DNA from: Leucoraja ocellata
Lineage: Eukaryota
Length of the DNA stretch: 64,000 nt
NCBI GenBank assembly: GCA_036785375.1
Contig: JAWMAR010000066.1
Span: forward strand, 2,294,001 to 2,358,000
Reading direction: 5' to 3'
Shown here: in pieces, positions 63,460 to 64,000 of the stretch
How positions within the stretch are numbered: position 1 is the stretch's first letter
Layout of the letters: each line of letters begins with the position of its first letter
Translations under genes and position numbers: made by a program
Notes under the pieces: generated by a model
The model's input: the letters and a program-made list of their open reading frames with translations, nothing else
Told to the model about the DNA's origin: nothing
The model's database searches: none

Positions 63460-63764
63460 ATTGAAGAATAAATTCAAATGCAATATTAGATTTTCAAATA
63501 AGCTAAGAAAATTGTGCCATCAAAACTAAAATGAAAAACTTAGATATAAATTTTGATTTGTGTTGGTCTAAAATGCTGCACCTGGAAGGACAGATTTCAA
63601 CTGACAAAGGGGCATTTCTTTCTTGGGGTATATATCCAGGTGTTCGAGATGTAATGTTGAAATTACAATGTAGACGGACGTGTCCAAACTGTTTCATGGG
63701 CTGGATTTTAACAGAGCAGGTCCCAGGACGAACGTACAGAACTGATACAAATGAACAGACTCAA

Positions 63765-64000
63765 GGAACTGCAGATGTTGGTTTATGAGAAAAAATATAC
63801 AAAGTGCTGGTGTAACATGGATCAGTGAGTCAGCTGGAGCACATGGATGGGTGACGTTTCGCGTCAGGGCCCTTCTTCAGACTGACAGTGGGCTGGGGAA
63901 AGAAAGCTGGAAGAGAGGAGGGGCAAGAGAGAGATTGAAAAGTAATAGGTGGATAGTAATAGGTGAGGGGAGGGAGGGAGATGGTTTGCCAAAGGACAGA
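63765..64000 (-). mobile_element. Penelope-like 3' end (runs off the window)
   Basis: Antisense tcagtctgaagaagggccctgacgcgaaacgtcac at ~63851-63885. Confidence 0.7.

Overview
Eukaryotic (vertebrate) genomic DNA. The repeat content (HE1-type tRNA/V-domain SINEs with CR1 tails, CR1, Rex/Babar, L2, L1 and Penelope fragments) points to a cartilaginous fish, probably a skate or ray; this is inferred, not shown. The only supported host gene is FTCDNL1 (stand-alone formiminotransferase-domain protein). Its last three coding exons lie on the + strand at 682-837, 5136-5327 and 8387-8826, joined by phase-1 GT-AG introns; the 5' exons lie upstream of the window. The remaining ~55 kb has no recognisable host gene. 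It is a dense, often nested mosaic of retroelements and MITEs separated by AT-rich unique islands, which by vertebrate synteny (FTCDNL1 then SATB2) may be SATB2 upstream regulatory sequence. Main observations: (1) more than 20 Penelope 3'-end copies carrying a minimal hammerhead-ribozyme core, many arranged as inverted pairs; (2) a family of GC-rich non-coding elements with a shared internal motif and a covarying 3' stem-loop/TGACAATAAA tail like that of Rex/Babar LINEs, a candidate unnamed non-autonomous retroposon family; (3) five Harbinger-type MITEs with a common TIR but different interiors; (4) a TA-flanked MITE with a ~250-bp-arm internal palindrome inside an FTCDNL1 intron; (5) a near full-length CR1 with an esterase ORF1; (6) a complex templated rearrangement near 56.7 kb. 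Most short ORFs in the supplied track are antisense or frame artefacts of repeats. Repeat boundaries were read by eye and are approximate unless a TSD is given.
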